Below the pieces are notes generated by a model that was not told the DNA's origin, did no database searches, and worked only from the letters and a program-made list of their open reading frames with translations. Shown here piece by piece: positions 19,985 through 27,085 of a DNA stretch of 38,162 bases. Position 1 is the stretch's first letter, and each line of letters begins with the position of its first letter. Location: the IMG/VR virus record IMGVR_UViG_3300049144_000026, positions 1 to 38,162 of that record; one strand, 5' to 3'. The position numbers were made by a program, and so were the translations under genes. The stretch comes from a virus. Lineage: Duplodnaviria > Caudoviricetes.

Positions 19985-20051
19985 GCCCAGACTAGACAAA
20001 GTTTGAAGTATGCATCTGACCACCTAGAACTAAGACAACAGGAGGCCACAG

Positions 20052-21179
20052 TTGCTCTCGTGGGTATCAGTCAACGCCAGCACCGGGGACATCATCGCTG
20101 ACCTTCCAACACTGCGCGTTCAGGGGTCATTGAAGCAGACGCTCATGCGCTACGAGTCGCAGCAAGCACACCTGCCAATGGGCGACCGAACCGATGAGGC
20201 CATGACTGACTGGCCGCCGCCGAACTGGCTTACTGCCACACGCAAGGGCGCCGCCTTTCTCGTGGCTCTGAGCGAGCCCACGGAGAACGAGCCCCGAGGC
20301 CTGCCTCTCTGGGGCGGTATGGTGGTCCTCCGGTCCCGTGAGGTGGGCGACGGTGCGAGGATGAACCTCGTTACCGCGGAGGCCTACTTTGACCGGGTCT
20401 ACGTCGGGGACGAAGACTTTGTCGCTGACGCCCAGAACATCATCGTGAAGACCCTGGCGGAGAAGTACGCCAAGACCGGCGCAAAGCGGGGACTTCCGCT
20501 GCGGGTGGAGATCATTGGCGGGGACGGCGTAGCCCGCACCAAGGAGTTCAAGGACGCCGAAGACAAGACTCTCTATTCGGTCATGACGGACATGTCCGGG
20601 GAGTTGGGCGGATCAGAATGGACCGTCCGATGGGAGTGGGTCAACGAGCGGCAGCTCGGACTGGTATTGACCGTGTCCGACCGGATCGGCTCTCCTGCCC
20701 CATCCGGACTGCAGCCGGCAGCACAGTTCTACCTTCCCGGATCTGTCACTAAGGCTGAACTTGTAGAGGGCTACAGCTCCGATGAGGCCGCAAACGACGT
20801 CATGGCTGTGTCCTCCGGGCTGGGCGAGGCTCGGCCCCAATCACCCCACCAGACCAACGCAACGGACCTGCGTCCGAGGTTTGAGTACCGATGGACGCCC
20901 GAGACCAACGTCTCCGATGTGAACACTCTTATTTCCCATGCGAAACGCGCCCTGGCCGCCATGAAAGACGGATCTCTTGCGCTAACCATGACGGCCAACC
21001 GTGAGGAAGCCCCCCGGCTGGGCGTGGACTGGCATATCGGTGACGATATCGGGTTCAGCATCTCCGCTCCAGAGTTCCCAGGCGGCCTCACTGGCGTAGC
21101 CCGGGCCGTCGGGTGGGAGCTCACGGACAACACCATCACACCGCTGATCGACGTGACCGACATCGAAGGAATCGACTGA
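20052..21179 (+). CDS. Minor tail protein (baseplate hub-like)
   Basis: AGGAGG before TTG; P.WGG.V..R, A.YFDR.Y and DW.IGD motifs typical of actinophage minor tail proteins. Confidence 0.82.
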   Translation: MLSWVSVNASTGDIIADLPTLRVQGSLKQTLMRYESQQAHLPMGDRTDEAMTDWPPPNWLTATRKGAAFLVALSEPTENEPRGLPLWGGMVVLRSREVGDGARMNLVTAEAYFDRVYVGDEDFVADAQNIIVKTLAEKYAKTGAKRGLPLRVEIIGGDGVARTKEFKDAEDKTLYSVMTDMSGELGGSEWTVRWEWVNERQLGLVLTVSDRIGSPAPSGLQPAAQFYLPGSVTKAELVEGYSSDEAANDVMAVSSGLGEARPQSPHQTNATDLRPRFEYRWTPETNVSDVNTLISHAKRALAAMKDGSLALTMTANREEAPRLGVDWHIGDDIGFSISAPEFPGGLTGVARAVGWELTDNTITPLIDVTDIEGID

Positions 21180-22129
21180 TGCACCAGCCCGGACTACCCG
21201 GTTCCCAGTTCCCCAGCGACGACGAAATCATGCGGGCAATCAAGGCGCTTCGCAGCGATATGCAGCAGTTCACCGCAGCGAACGTCCTCGCTACGGCAGG
21301 CATTGCCCCCTTCGATGGCGGAGTGATGGTCAAGGGGAAGATGCACTACCAGCGTGCTGATGGCACTCTTGGTGTGGCCGTTGACCCTGCCACGGGTACC
21401 TTCACCGCTTATGACGCGGCAGGGACATCCCCAGTAGCCCGGTTCGGTGAGCTTCTGGAGACGGACCCCGGCGCGTTCGGTGTCGAGGTCGATGTCGGTG
21501 GAACATGGGTCCAGCTGGGCGCCCAGGCGGTCACCTGGGATGGCGTCGCTGGCCGCCCCGGGATAGCCGGAGGGGCGACTCTCCCCGGAAGCTCCATCAA
21601 CTCCGCTGTTGCCAGCGCCACGACGGCCACGACAGCGGCACAAGCTGACGGCAACACAACCTCGGCCTTCAACCGTGACATCACTGGCCTGGTCGGTTCA
21701 TACAAGGCCGTGTACATGCACAGCACCAATGTGTTCGGGTACAACACATCCCACGAGAAGTACAAGAGGAATGTCCGGACCATATCCGTTGATCCCGCAG
21801 ACGGGACCGGCTTCATCATCACCCCGGACCAGCTCTTCGCCCTGCGTGGGGTCATTTACGACCGGAAGGCAACTGACGCTGACGACTACACACCTCCGGT
21901 CTCCGTTGACGAAATCGGGATGTTGGCGAAGGAAACGTACGGCGCGGTTCGGGAGCTGGCCCTGAAGTTCGACGGCGAGATTGACAGCGTCTTTTATGAG
22001 CGCCTCGCCGTGGTCCTCCTGCCGTTCGTCCAGAAGCACGAGCGGGAGATCTCGGAAGTGAAAGCCGACCACGCGAAAGAGATTGCGGAGCTGAAGGCAG
22101 CCGTGCGGAAACTTGGAGGAGATATCTGA
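21179..22129 (+). CDS. Minor tail/fibre protein with C-terminal peptidase S74-like intramolecular chaperone
   Basis: TSHEKYKRNV (S-x4-K), G.LA.E and YERLAV.LL...Q motifs, then a coiled coil. Confidence 0.8.
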   Translation: MHQPGLPGSQFPSDDEIMRAIKALRSDMQQFTAANVLATAGIAPFDGGVMVKGKMHYQRADGTLGVAVDPATGTFTAYDAAGTSPVARFGELLETDPGAFGVEVDVGGTWVQLGAQAVTWDGVAGRPGIAGGATLPGSSINSAVASATTATTAAQADGNTTSAFNRDITGLVGSYKAVYMHSTNVFGYNTSHEKYKRNVRTISVDPADGTGFIITPDQLFALRGVIYDRKATDADDYTPPVSVDEIGMLAKETYGAVRELALKFDGEIDSVFYERLAVVLLPFVQKHEREISEVKADHAKEIAELKAAVRKLGGDI

Positions 22130-22509
22130 TGGCCACCATCTGGGAGATTCTGCAGAAGCGGATTTGGAAGAACGGACTGCCTGGCAACACCCCTGTTGAG
22201 GAGGTCCGGCTGAACGGTCTGGAACAGGATGTCATCCAGTCGCTAGTACAGCTGGCAAGAAATCCGGAATCACTATTCGCCGGTTCCGTGGAACCGGACG
22301 GCAACGGGGCTCCCATTTCCGCCGTCGTGGAATGGCCTGACGGCGTGCCCGGCGTGTTCTCGGGGACTCCCTCCCCTGACTTCCCTGGCGCTTTGGATGG
22401 CTGGACCGTAACCCGTGTTGGCGCTCCGACCGTGACTTTCACGCAGCCAACGGTCACGCGCAACGGCTCCGGACATATCACCAGCCGGCCACCAATGACT
22501 ATCAGTTAG
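22129..22509 (+). CDS. Minor tail protein (fibre anchor-like N-terminus)
   Basis: W.NG..G.TP...RLN.LE motif; translationally coupled. Confidence 0.65.
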   Translation: MATIWEILQKRIWKNGLPGNTPVEEVRLNGLEQDVIQSLVQLARNPESLFAGSVEPDGNGAPISAVVEWPDGVPGVFSGTPSPDFPGALDGWTVTRVGAPTVTFTQPTVTRNGSGHITSRPPMTIS

Positions 22510-22517
22510 GAGGATCC

Positions 22518-23735
22518 ATGAGCTTGCTCGATATACCGGGTGTCCCGGAAGGGGACCTGACGAAAGCGATGGTTGGACTCTCCAACGTGGACAACACTGC
22601 CGACGACGACAAGCCGGTCTCAGACCAGCAGGCGGCAGCGATAGCCGGTGCAGGCACGGCCCTGGCAACACCCAACACTGTGATGAGACGTGACGCTAGC
22701 GGACGGGCCTCGGTGGCCGCTCCTGTGGCCTCGACCGACATTGCGACAAAGGGCTTTGTGGAGACGTCTCTCGGCCTTGATGTCTGGCCAGCCAACATAG
22801 GTGCGAAGATCGGCTTTGTCGGAGACTCAAACATGTCCGGCTTCGGGCTGGCCAACCCGGCCACGGAACGGTGGCCTAAGCTGTTCTCCACCATGGCCGG
22901 GGCGATAGAGAACAACGTCGCAGTCGCTGGCGCCGGGTACATCAACCAGGGATCTGGAGGGGCGTCCAAGTTCGCCAACCAGGCACCCCTCCTCGCCGCG
23001 GATTGTACCCACGTCATCATCAACGGCGGCATCAACGACGCCCCACTCACCTACACGGTGGCTGCTATTCAGGCGGAAGTAGCTGCAACCATCGCCGCGG
23101 TACGCACCGCGGCCCCGGCGGCTCGTATTACCGTCATCTCCCCATTCTGGATGGCGTCCGCCCCGTCCGATGGGCTCCTCCGCGTGGATTCAGAAATCCG
23201 CCCCGCCATACCTTCGGACGTCCGCTACATCGAGGGTGGCCCGTGGATCCGGCTGGACCGAACTGAGTGGCAGCAAGGAGACGGGCACCCGAACGTTGCC
23301 GGCGCTGCGGCTATCGCAGCGTGGGCCCGTGACCAGTTCGGCGGCACCCCTAAGGGTGCGGTGTTCGGGCAGTACATCCTTGCCGGAACGTCGGACGTGC
23401 TGGTCAGTTCCCGTAGCACCACCACTCCGACGGCCTACACCATCGCCTCAGGAACGGTGTTGGGGGCCAAGTCGGGGTGGTGGGAGGTTGAGGGTCAGCT
23501 GGTCCTGTACAGTGCGGCCAACGGTTTCATATGGGTGATGGAGACGGCACGCAAAGTTTCGATCAGAAGCGACGTCACGGCGGCTCCGCTCGTTCATCGG
23601 CAGAAGATCAAGTTCTACCACCCTGGCGGGGACCTGATCGTCAAGGTCGGCTATGACCCCAGCACCGGGGCCGCACAGATCATCACATCTGCACAGTCCA
23701 AGGTGACCGCCCGATGGGTAGGTATCCAGCCGTGA
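22518..23735 (+). CDS. Tail-associated SGNH/GDSL esterase
   Basis: Tail-fibre motif TKAMVGLSNVDNTADDDKPVS; SGNH blocks GDS, AGAG, GIND and DGHPN; AGGAGG RBS. Confidence 0.85.
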   Translation: MSLLDIPGVPEGDLTKAMVGLSNVDNTADDDKPVSDQQAAAIAGAGTALATPNTVMRRDASGRASVAAPVASTDIATKGFVETSLGLDVWPANIGAKIGFVGDSNMSGFGLANPATERWPKLFSTMAGAIENNVAVAGAGYINQGSGGASKFANQAPLLAADCTHVIINGGINDAPLTYTVAAIQAEVAATIAAVRTAAPAARITVISPFWMASAPSDGLLRVDSEIRPAIPSDVRYIEGGPWIRLDRTEWQQGDGHPNVAGAAAIAAWARDQFGGTPKGAVFGQYILAGTSDVLVSSRSTTTPTAYTIASGTVLGAKSGWWEVEGQLVLYSAANGFIWVMETARKVSIRSDVTAAPLVHRQKIKFYHPGGDLIVKVGYDPSTGAAQIITSAQSKVTARWVGIQP

Positions 23736-23779
23736 CAGAAATGCCCCCACCAGCCAAGTGCCGGTGGGGGCATTTTGTC
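23734..23779. terminator. Bidirectional terminator between the convergent SGNH genes
   Basis: GACAGAAATGCCCCCACC...GGTGGGGGCATTTTGTC inverted repeat. Confidence 0.85.
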
Positions 23780-23800
23780 GTTTCCGTTCAGCGCACGGTA

Positions 23801-24442
23801 CTAGATCCCGAGTTTGCTCAGAGCTGCACTGATGTTGGCGGCCAGTGCAGCAGCGCCGGCGTCGTTCGGGTGCATGTGGTCCCCCGCGAGCAGTGAAGGG
23901 TCGCCCAGCCAGTTACCGGGCAGGGCATCGATGAAAGTCGCGCCGGCGTCTTTCGCGGCAGCAGCCAGTTCGCTATTGGCTACACGGATTGAAGGAGCTG
24001 GTTCGGTGTTGTCCCACATGGGGCCGATAACGACCAGGCGCACGTTAGGAAATCTTTCCCTCAGTCGGTTGAAGACGTCAGTCGCTTCAGCACGCACCAG
24101 GTCGGGGCGATGGATATCGTTCCGGGAGCCAGCCAGGATAATCAGATCGGGGCGTCCCGTGATGCGGTCAACTTCCCTGCCGAAGCCGCCGTTTGCGTAG
24201 CCCAGCCCTCCGATGGCCACATTCTGCACCGTGAAGTCTCTGGACTCATCGAGCATCGCGGGCCACGCTTTGGTGTACCGGTCGGGGCTTGAGTAGGAGT
24301 CACCGATGACGGCGACCGTCTCAATCTTCTGCGACGTGGCCACCCACCCCATGCCGAGGCAGAACAGCATCCCTGCGAGTACGACGAAATGGGGAGAACT
24401 GCTGCGCCTGGGTCCGCGGGAAGAATGCCGTGCGTTATCCAA
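23801..24442 (-). CDS. Membrane-anchored or exported SGNH/GDSL esterase
   Basis: TTG start after a G-run RBS; basic N-terminus plus hydrophobic helix; GDS, GGLGY, GSRND and DHMHPN blocks. The longer ORF call to 24634 runs through the tRNA. Confidence 0.85.
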   Translation of the reverse strand: MDNARHSSRGPRRSSSPHFVVLAGMLFCLGMGWVATSQKIETVAVIGDSYSSPDRYTKAWPAMLDESRDFTVQNVAIGGLGYANGGFGREVDRITGRPDLIILAGSRNDIHRPDLVRAEATDVFNRLRERFPNVRLVVIGPMWDNTEPAPSIRVANSELAAAAKDAGATFIDALPGNWLGDPSLLAGDHMHPNDAGAAALAANISAALSKLGI

Positions 24443-24499
24443 ATTTCCCCCCCAATAGTCACAAACCACATAAGAATACCCGAGCCCGCACGCATTGTT

Positions 24500-24529
24500 T
24501 TGTTCCGCGTATTCGTGCGGCGTTACACT
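24500..24529 (+). promoter_or_regulatory. Putative tRNA promoter
   Basis: TTGTTC-N18-TACACT, ending 12 nt before the tRNA. Confidence 0.6.
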
Positions 24530-24541
24530 TGATTCCGCTGG

Positions 24542-24614
24542 GCCCCAGTAGCTCAGGGGATAGAGCAGAGGCTTTCTAATCCTCCGGTCGGGGGTTCGAT
24601 TCCCTCCTGGGGCA
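24542..24614 (+). tRNA. tRNA-Arg(TCT), complete, no encoded CCA
   Basis: Acceptor GCCCCAG/CTGGGGC, D-arm GCTC/GAGC, anticodon arm GAGGC-TT TCT AA-TCCTC, T-arm GGGGG-TTCGATT-CCCTC. Confidence 0.92.
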
Positions 24615-24619
24615 CGCGA

Positions 24620-24658
24620 AGGGCCGGACACCATTTGGGTGTCCGGCCCTCTTTTCTT
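24620..24658 (+). terminator. Intrinsic terminator after the tRNA (also faces int)
   Basis: AGGGCCGGACACC-N5-GGTGTCCGGCCCT followed by CTTTTCTT. Confidence 0.88.
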
Positions 24659-24661
24659 GTG

Positions 24662-25543
24662 TCAGGCCGCTACAGGTTCGGCCCTCCGCCGGCCGGAGCG
24701 CTCAGGGACGATGATGGCGGGAAGCTTATCGAAGCCGTGACGGATACCTTCCGGCCGCAGCTTCAGATACATCGTGGTGGTGTCCATGTTCGAGTGACGC
24801 ATACTCCTCTGGACCACAAAGTCACTCACTCCGGCATCGTGCATCTCCGTTGCCAGGGAAGCCCGGAGGTCGTGCGGGCGGTGATTCAGGCCGGCGCGCT
24901 TTATTGCCTCACCGATCAACCCGGAAACCGAGTTCCCCATGATGTGTCCCTCTCCCGCAGCGTGAAGCCGGTTTGCTGTCCTGTTGGGGAACCAGTACTT
25001 ATCGCGAGGCATCTGAAGGAACAACGGCCACGCGGCCTCCGGGATGGGCAGTGTGGCCTGCTTCCTCCCTTTGCCGACTGTCGTAAGGGTTCGCTTCTCC
25101 CAGTCGATGTCAGCGCCATGCACGGCCGCGATCTCCGAGACCCTCAACCCGAGGTAATAGTGAAGCGCTACCATCATCCTGGTCTTCCTGTAGATCCCGC
25201 CCTCAAGCAGCGCGTTGATCTCCTCCACGGTGAACGGATTCGGCTCACGCTTCCGAGTAGCAACCCTTGGCAACCGATAGGCCGGATTATCAAGACGCAG
25301 ACCCTCATCCTGCATCCAGGCAAAGAACGTATGGAGCCCTGAGCGACGATGGACACGCGTTGAATTGGACCAGTTCTGCTTAGCCGTCCAATGGATCAGA
25401 TCCCGCCGGCTAACCGTCTCCAAGCTCTCGACATCACGAGCCAGCTGCCGAATGAAGATCAGGCGCTCGCGGATTGTCTTGTCCGTGAGGTCTGCCGCTT
25501 TCATGCACGCTGTCCAGTAGTTAAGTGTGTCGTCGGTGTTCAT
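24662..25543 (-). CDS. int: Tyrosine integrase lacking an N-terminal arm-binding domain
   Basis: GLRVSE, GKGRK, HDLR, RHS and TMY catalytic motifs; only 293 aa; C-terminus ...AEPVAA; AGGGGG RBS before ATG 25543. Confidence 0.93.
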   Translation of the reverse strand: MNTDDTLNYWTACMKAADLTDKTIRERLIFIRQLARDVESLETVSRRDLIHWTAKQNWSNSTRVHRRSGLHTFFAWMQDEGLRLDNPAYRLPRVATRKREPNPFTVEEINALLEGGIYRKTRMMVALHYYLGLRVSEIAAVHGADIDWEKRTLTTVGKGRKQATLPIPEAAWPLFLQMPRDKYWFPNRTANRLHAAGEGHIMGNSVSGLIGEAIKRAGLNHRPHDLRASLATEMHDAGVSDFVVQRSMRHSNMDTTTMYLKLRPEGIRHGFDKLPAIIVPERSGRRRAEPVAA

Positions 25544-25656
25544 CTTGCCCCCTGCAATTTGTCGTACCCCCATGGGTTACTTGTTTTTCGGACCAACAGT
25601 GTTTTTACACGTAAATTCTTTTTGATGTTTTTATAGCCTGAAAGGTTGACCAATCT

Positions 25657-25693
25657 CAGGGCCTGCATTTGCAGGCCCTGGTTTCTTTGTTTT
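25657..25693 (+). terminator. Hairpin plus U-tract upstream of int (antisense-direction terminator)
   Basis: CAGGGCCTGC-ATTT-GCAGGCCCTG followed by GTTTCTTTGTTTT. Confidence 0.75.
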
Positions 25694-26181
25694 GACCAAT
25701 ACCGCAGAGGGAAGCAGAGTGAGTTGGGAGGGGAGACTTCTGCCTTCTGGTCCGGACCAAAAGCACAGGGCTGTGCTGGTGGTGACGGACTAAAAGACAG
25801 GAGCGTTTACGTTGACACCGCGTCGGTTGCGTCGGTCGTCGGTCGTATCGCAGCTGGCTCAGGGCATTACTCCTGGGCAGTGGCGGCATCCTCCTGCTGT
25901 GGAGCTGGAGGGCGGTATGTGTGCAGATCTGGCGGCCCGGCTGGGCCCACTGTAGGTGCTGGCACTTCTTCGATTCCACGGGATTGCTCTTCCGGGTGAA
26001 CACCCTGCCTGCACACGCGACATTGGAACTGGCTCTAACCCAGTAAGCAGCCCGCAGGTGAGGGCTTAGCGTGTTTTGAGGCGCGACAAAGCACCAGGCG
26101 GGGTAGCCGTACCGCCTCGGTATTTGAGGCAGCACAGCAGCGGGTATGGAGTATGGGCGGATCAACAGTTAGACTGATGCC

Positions 26182-26261
26182 GCAGCCAGAGTTCCGTAGC
26201 CGGGAGCTGGTTGCCTAGCCGGTCCGGATGTGTGAAGACATCCGGCCGGCTCTTTACTTTT
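26182..26261 (+). ncRNA. Putative ~80-nt antisense RNA to the leftward early transcript
   Basis: -10 TAGACT at 26170-26175; hairpin 26182-26214 pairs better on + (G-U); terminator hairpin 26217-26251 plus CTTTACTTTT. Confidence 0.45.
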
Positions 26262-26331
26262 AAGTTGCTCGACGAACTCGCAGCTCCGCGTATAGCTGGA
26301 GCAGCTCGGCGAGGCGGTCCTCGCGGGTCAC
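26260..26331 (-). CDS. Putative 23-aa peptide MTREDRLAELLQLYAELRVRRAT
   Basis: GTG start overlaps the upstream TAG by 1 nt; amphipathic helix-like. Confidence 0.4.
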   Translation of the reverse strand: MTREDRLAELLQLYAELRVRRAT

Positions 26332-26675
26332 TAGTTTCCGTCGGTCCAGGGATGTTCCCATGACGGCGAACCAAGCAGGTCCAGATACGCATTGACGCCA
26401 CCGACGTGACGTTCACGGCGGTCTCTTTCGTTGCGTACGGCGACGAGCCGTGCCACCCACTTCTCAAAACCGTCTGCGCGACGTTCCTCCGGTGTCCGGA
26501 CTCGCCATGCTGGACTATCGACTACCCCAAACCTGACAGTCAGGTTGCCGATATGGGCGGTGAGACCTCTGTCGTGCTCTGCCAGGGCTGCCGGACTCGA
26601 AATGGTCAGATCGCCGGCCCATGCGGGTGCTCCCGGATGCCGTCCGGCGCTGTCACGTTCCTCGTTGGCGATCAT
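26331..26675 (-). CDS. Hypothetical protein coupled to the repressor stop
   Basis: ATGA overlap with the repressor stop codon. Confidence 0.6.
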   Translation of the reverse strand: MIANEERDSAGRHPGAPAWAGDLTISSPAALAEHDRGLTAHIGNLTVRFGVVDSPAWRVRTPEERRADGFEKWVARLVAVRNERDRRERHVGGVNAYLDLLGSPSWEHPWTDGN

Positions 26676-27085
26676 GCTGCTATCTCCAGTGGGAGGTCAT
26701 CCTCAACGAGGCGTCGGAAGGGCAGGTGCGTTACATTGGATTCAATGCCTGAACCGGCAACCTTGTAATCCAAAGGCATGGGGTTTGAGACCGCCTTAGG
26801 TTTTGGGTGACTTTCGCCGCCTCCAGGATCGGACGGGAACACTGCGGCATCCGCCCTTCCCGTCTTCAGCCATTCAACATCGACGTCGCACACGACGGCC
26901 CAGGCATTGATGACCAACTTGCCCGGCATGGTGACGCCACGCTCGTAGTTCGACACCGTAGCCCGGCTGATTCCCAGCTCTGCGGCAATATCGACCTGTT
27001 CAAAGTTCTTCAGTTCTCGCGCTAAGCGCAGCCGGTCTTTCAACTGAAATTCCGGAACTCGACTGTGCAACGGTTGAATGCTCAT
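26672..27085 (-). CDS. Immunity repressor (XRE HTH), virally encoded long form with ssrA-like C-terminus
   Basis: RLRLARE..QVDIAAELGISRATVSNYERG HTH; divergent from a Cro-like gene; ends ...LPLEIAA. Confidence 0.92.
   Translation of the reverse strand: MSIQPLHSRVPEFQLKDRLRLARELKNFEQVDIAAELGISRATVSNYERGVTMPGKLVINAWAVVCDVDVEWLKTGRADAAVFPSDPGGGESHPKPKAVSNPMPLDYKVAGSGIESNVTHLPFRRLVEDDLPLEIAA
26761..26802 (+). other. Putative attP inside the repressor gene (degenerate tRNA 3' half)
   Basis: 25/42 ungapped identity to 24572-24613 of the phage tRNA, including CTTGTAATCC vs TTTCTAATCC and GGGGTTTGA vs GGGGTTCGA. Confidence 0.7.

Noticed and set aside
15653-23735. Diversity-generating retroelement or invertible tail-fibre cassette behind the duplicated tail domain
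   Set aside because: No reverse transcriptase or invertase, and the similarity is at protein level without near-identical DNA repeats
24542-24614. tRNA read as a host attL/attR boundary or as the conventional attP
   Set aside because: Phage genes lie on both sides and the gene is complete with promoter. The repressor-internal site plus AA tails fit better, though attP at this tRNA is not formally excluded
24443-24634. N-terminal extension of the 277-aa SGNH ORF
   Set aside because: It is the antisense reading of the tRNA and its promoter; a TTG start with RBS and signal-like N-terminus lies at 24442
24635-25342. 235-aa plus-strand ORF and other long antisense ORFs (e.g. 33419-34309, 1623-2384, 35360-36163)
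   Set aside because: Shadow ORFs opposite well-supported genes, expected in high-GC DNA
25656-26165. 169-aa minus-strand ORF
   Set aside because: Atypical composition, weak codon bias, no RBS, and it ends inside a hairpin; not annotated as CDS, though not disproved
26762-26768. CTTGTAA read as a tRNA-Thr(TGT) anticodon loop or a second tRNA gene
   Set aside because: No 5' half or paired stems; the G is explained by the need to keep the repressor frame open
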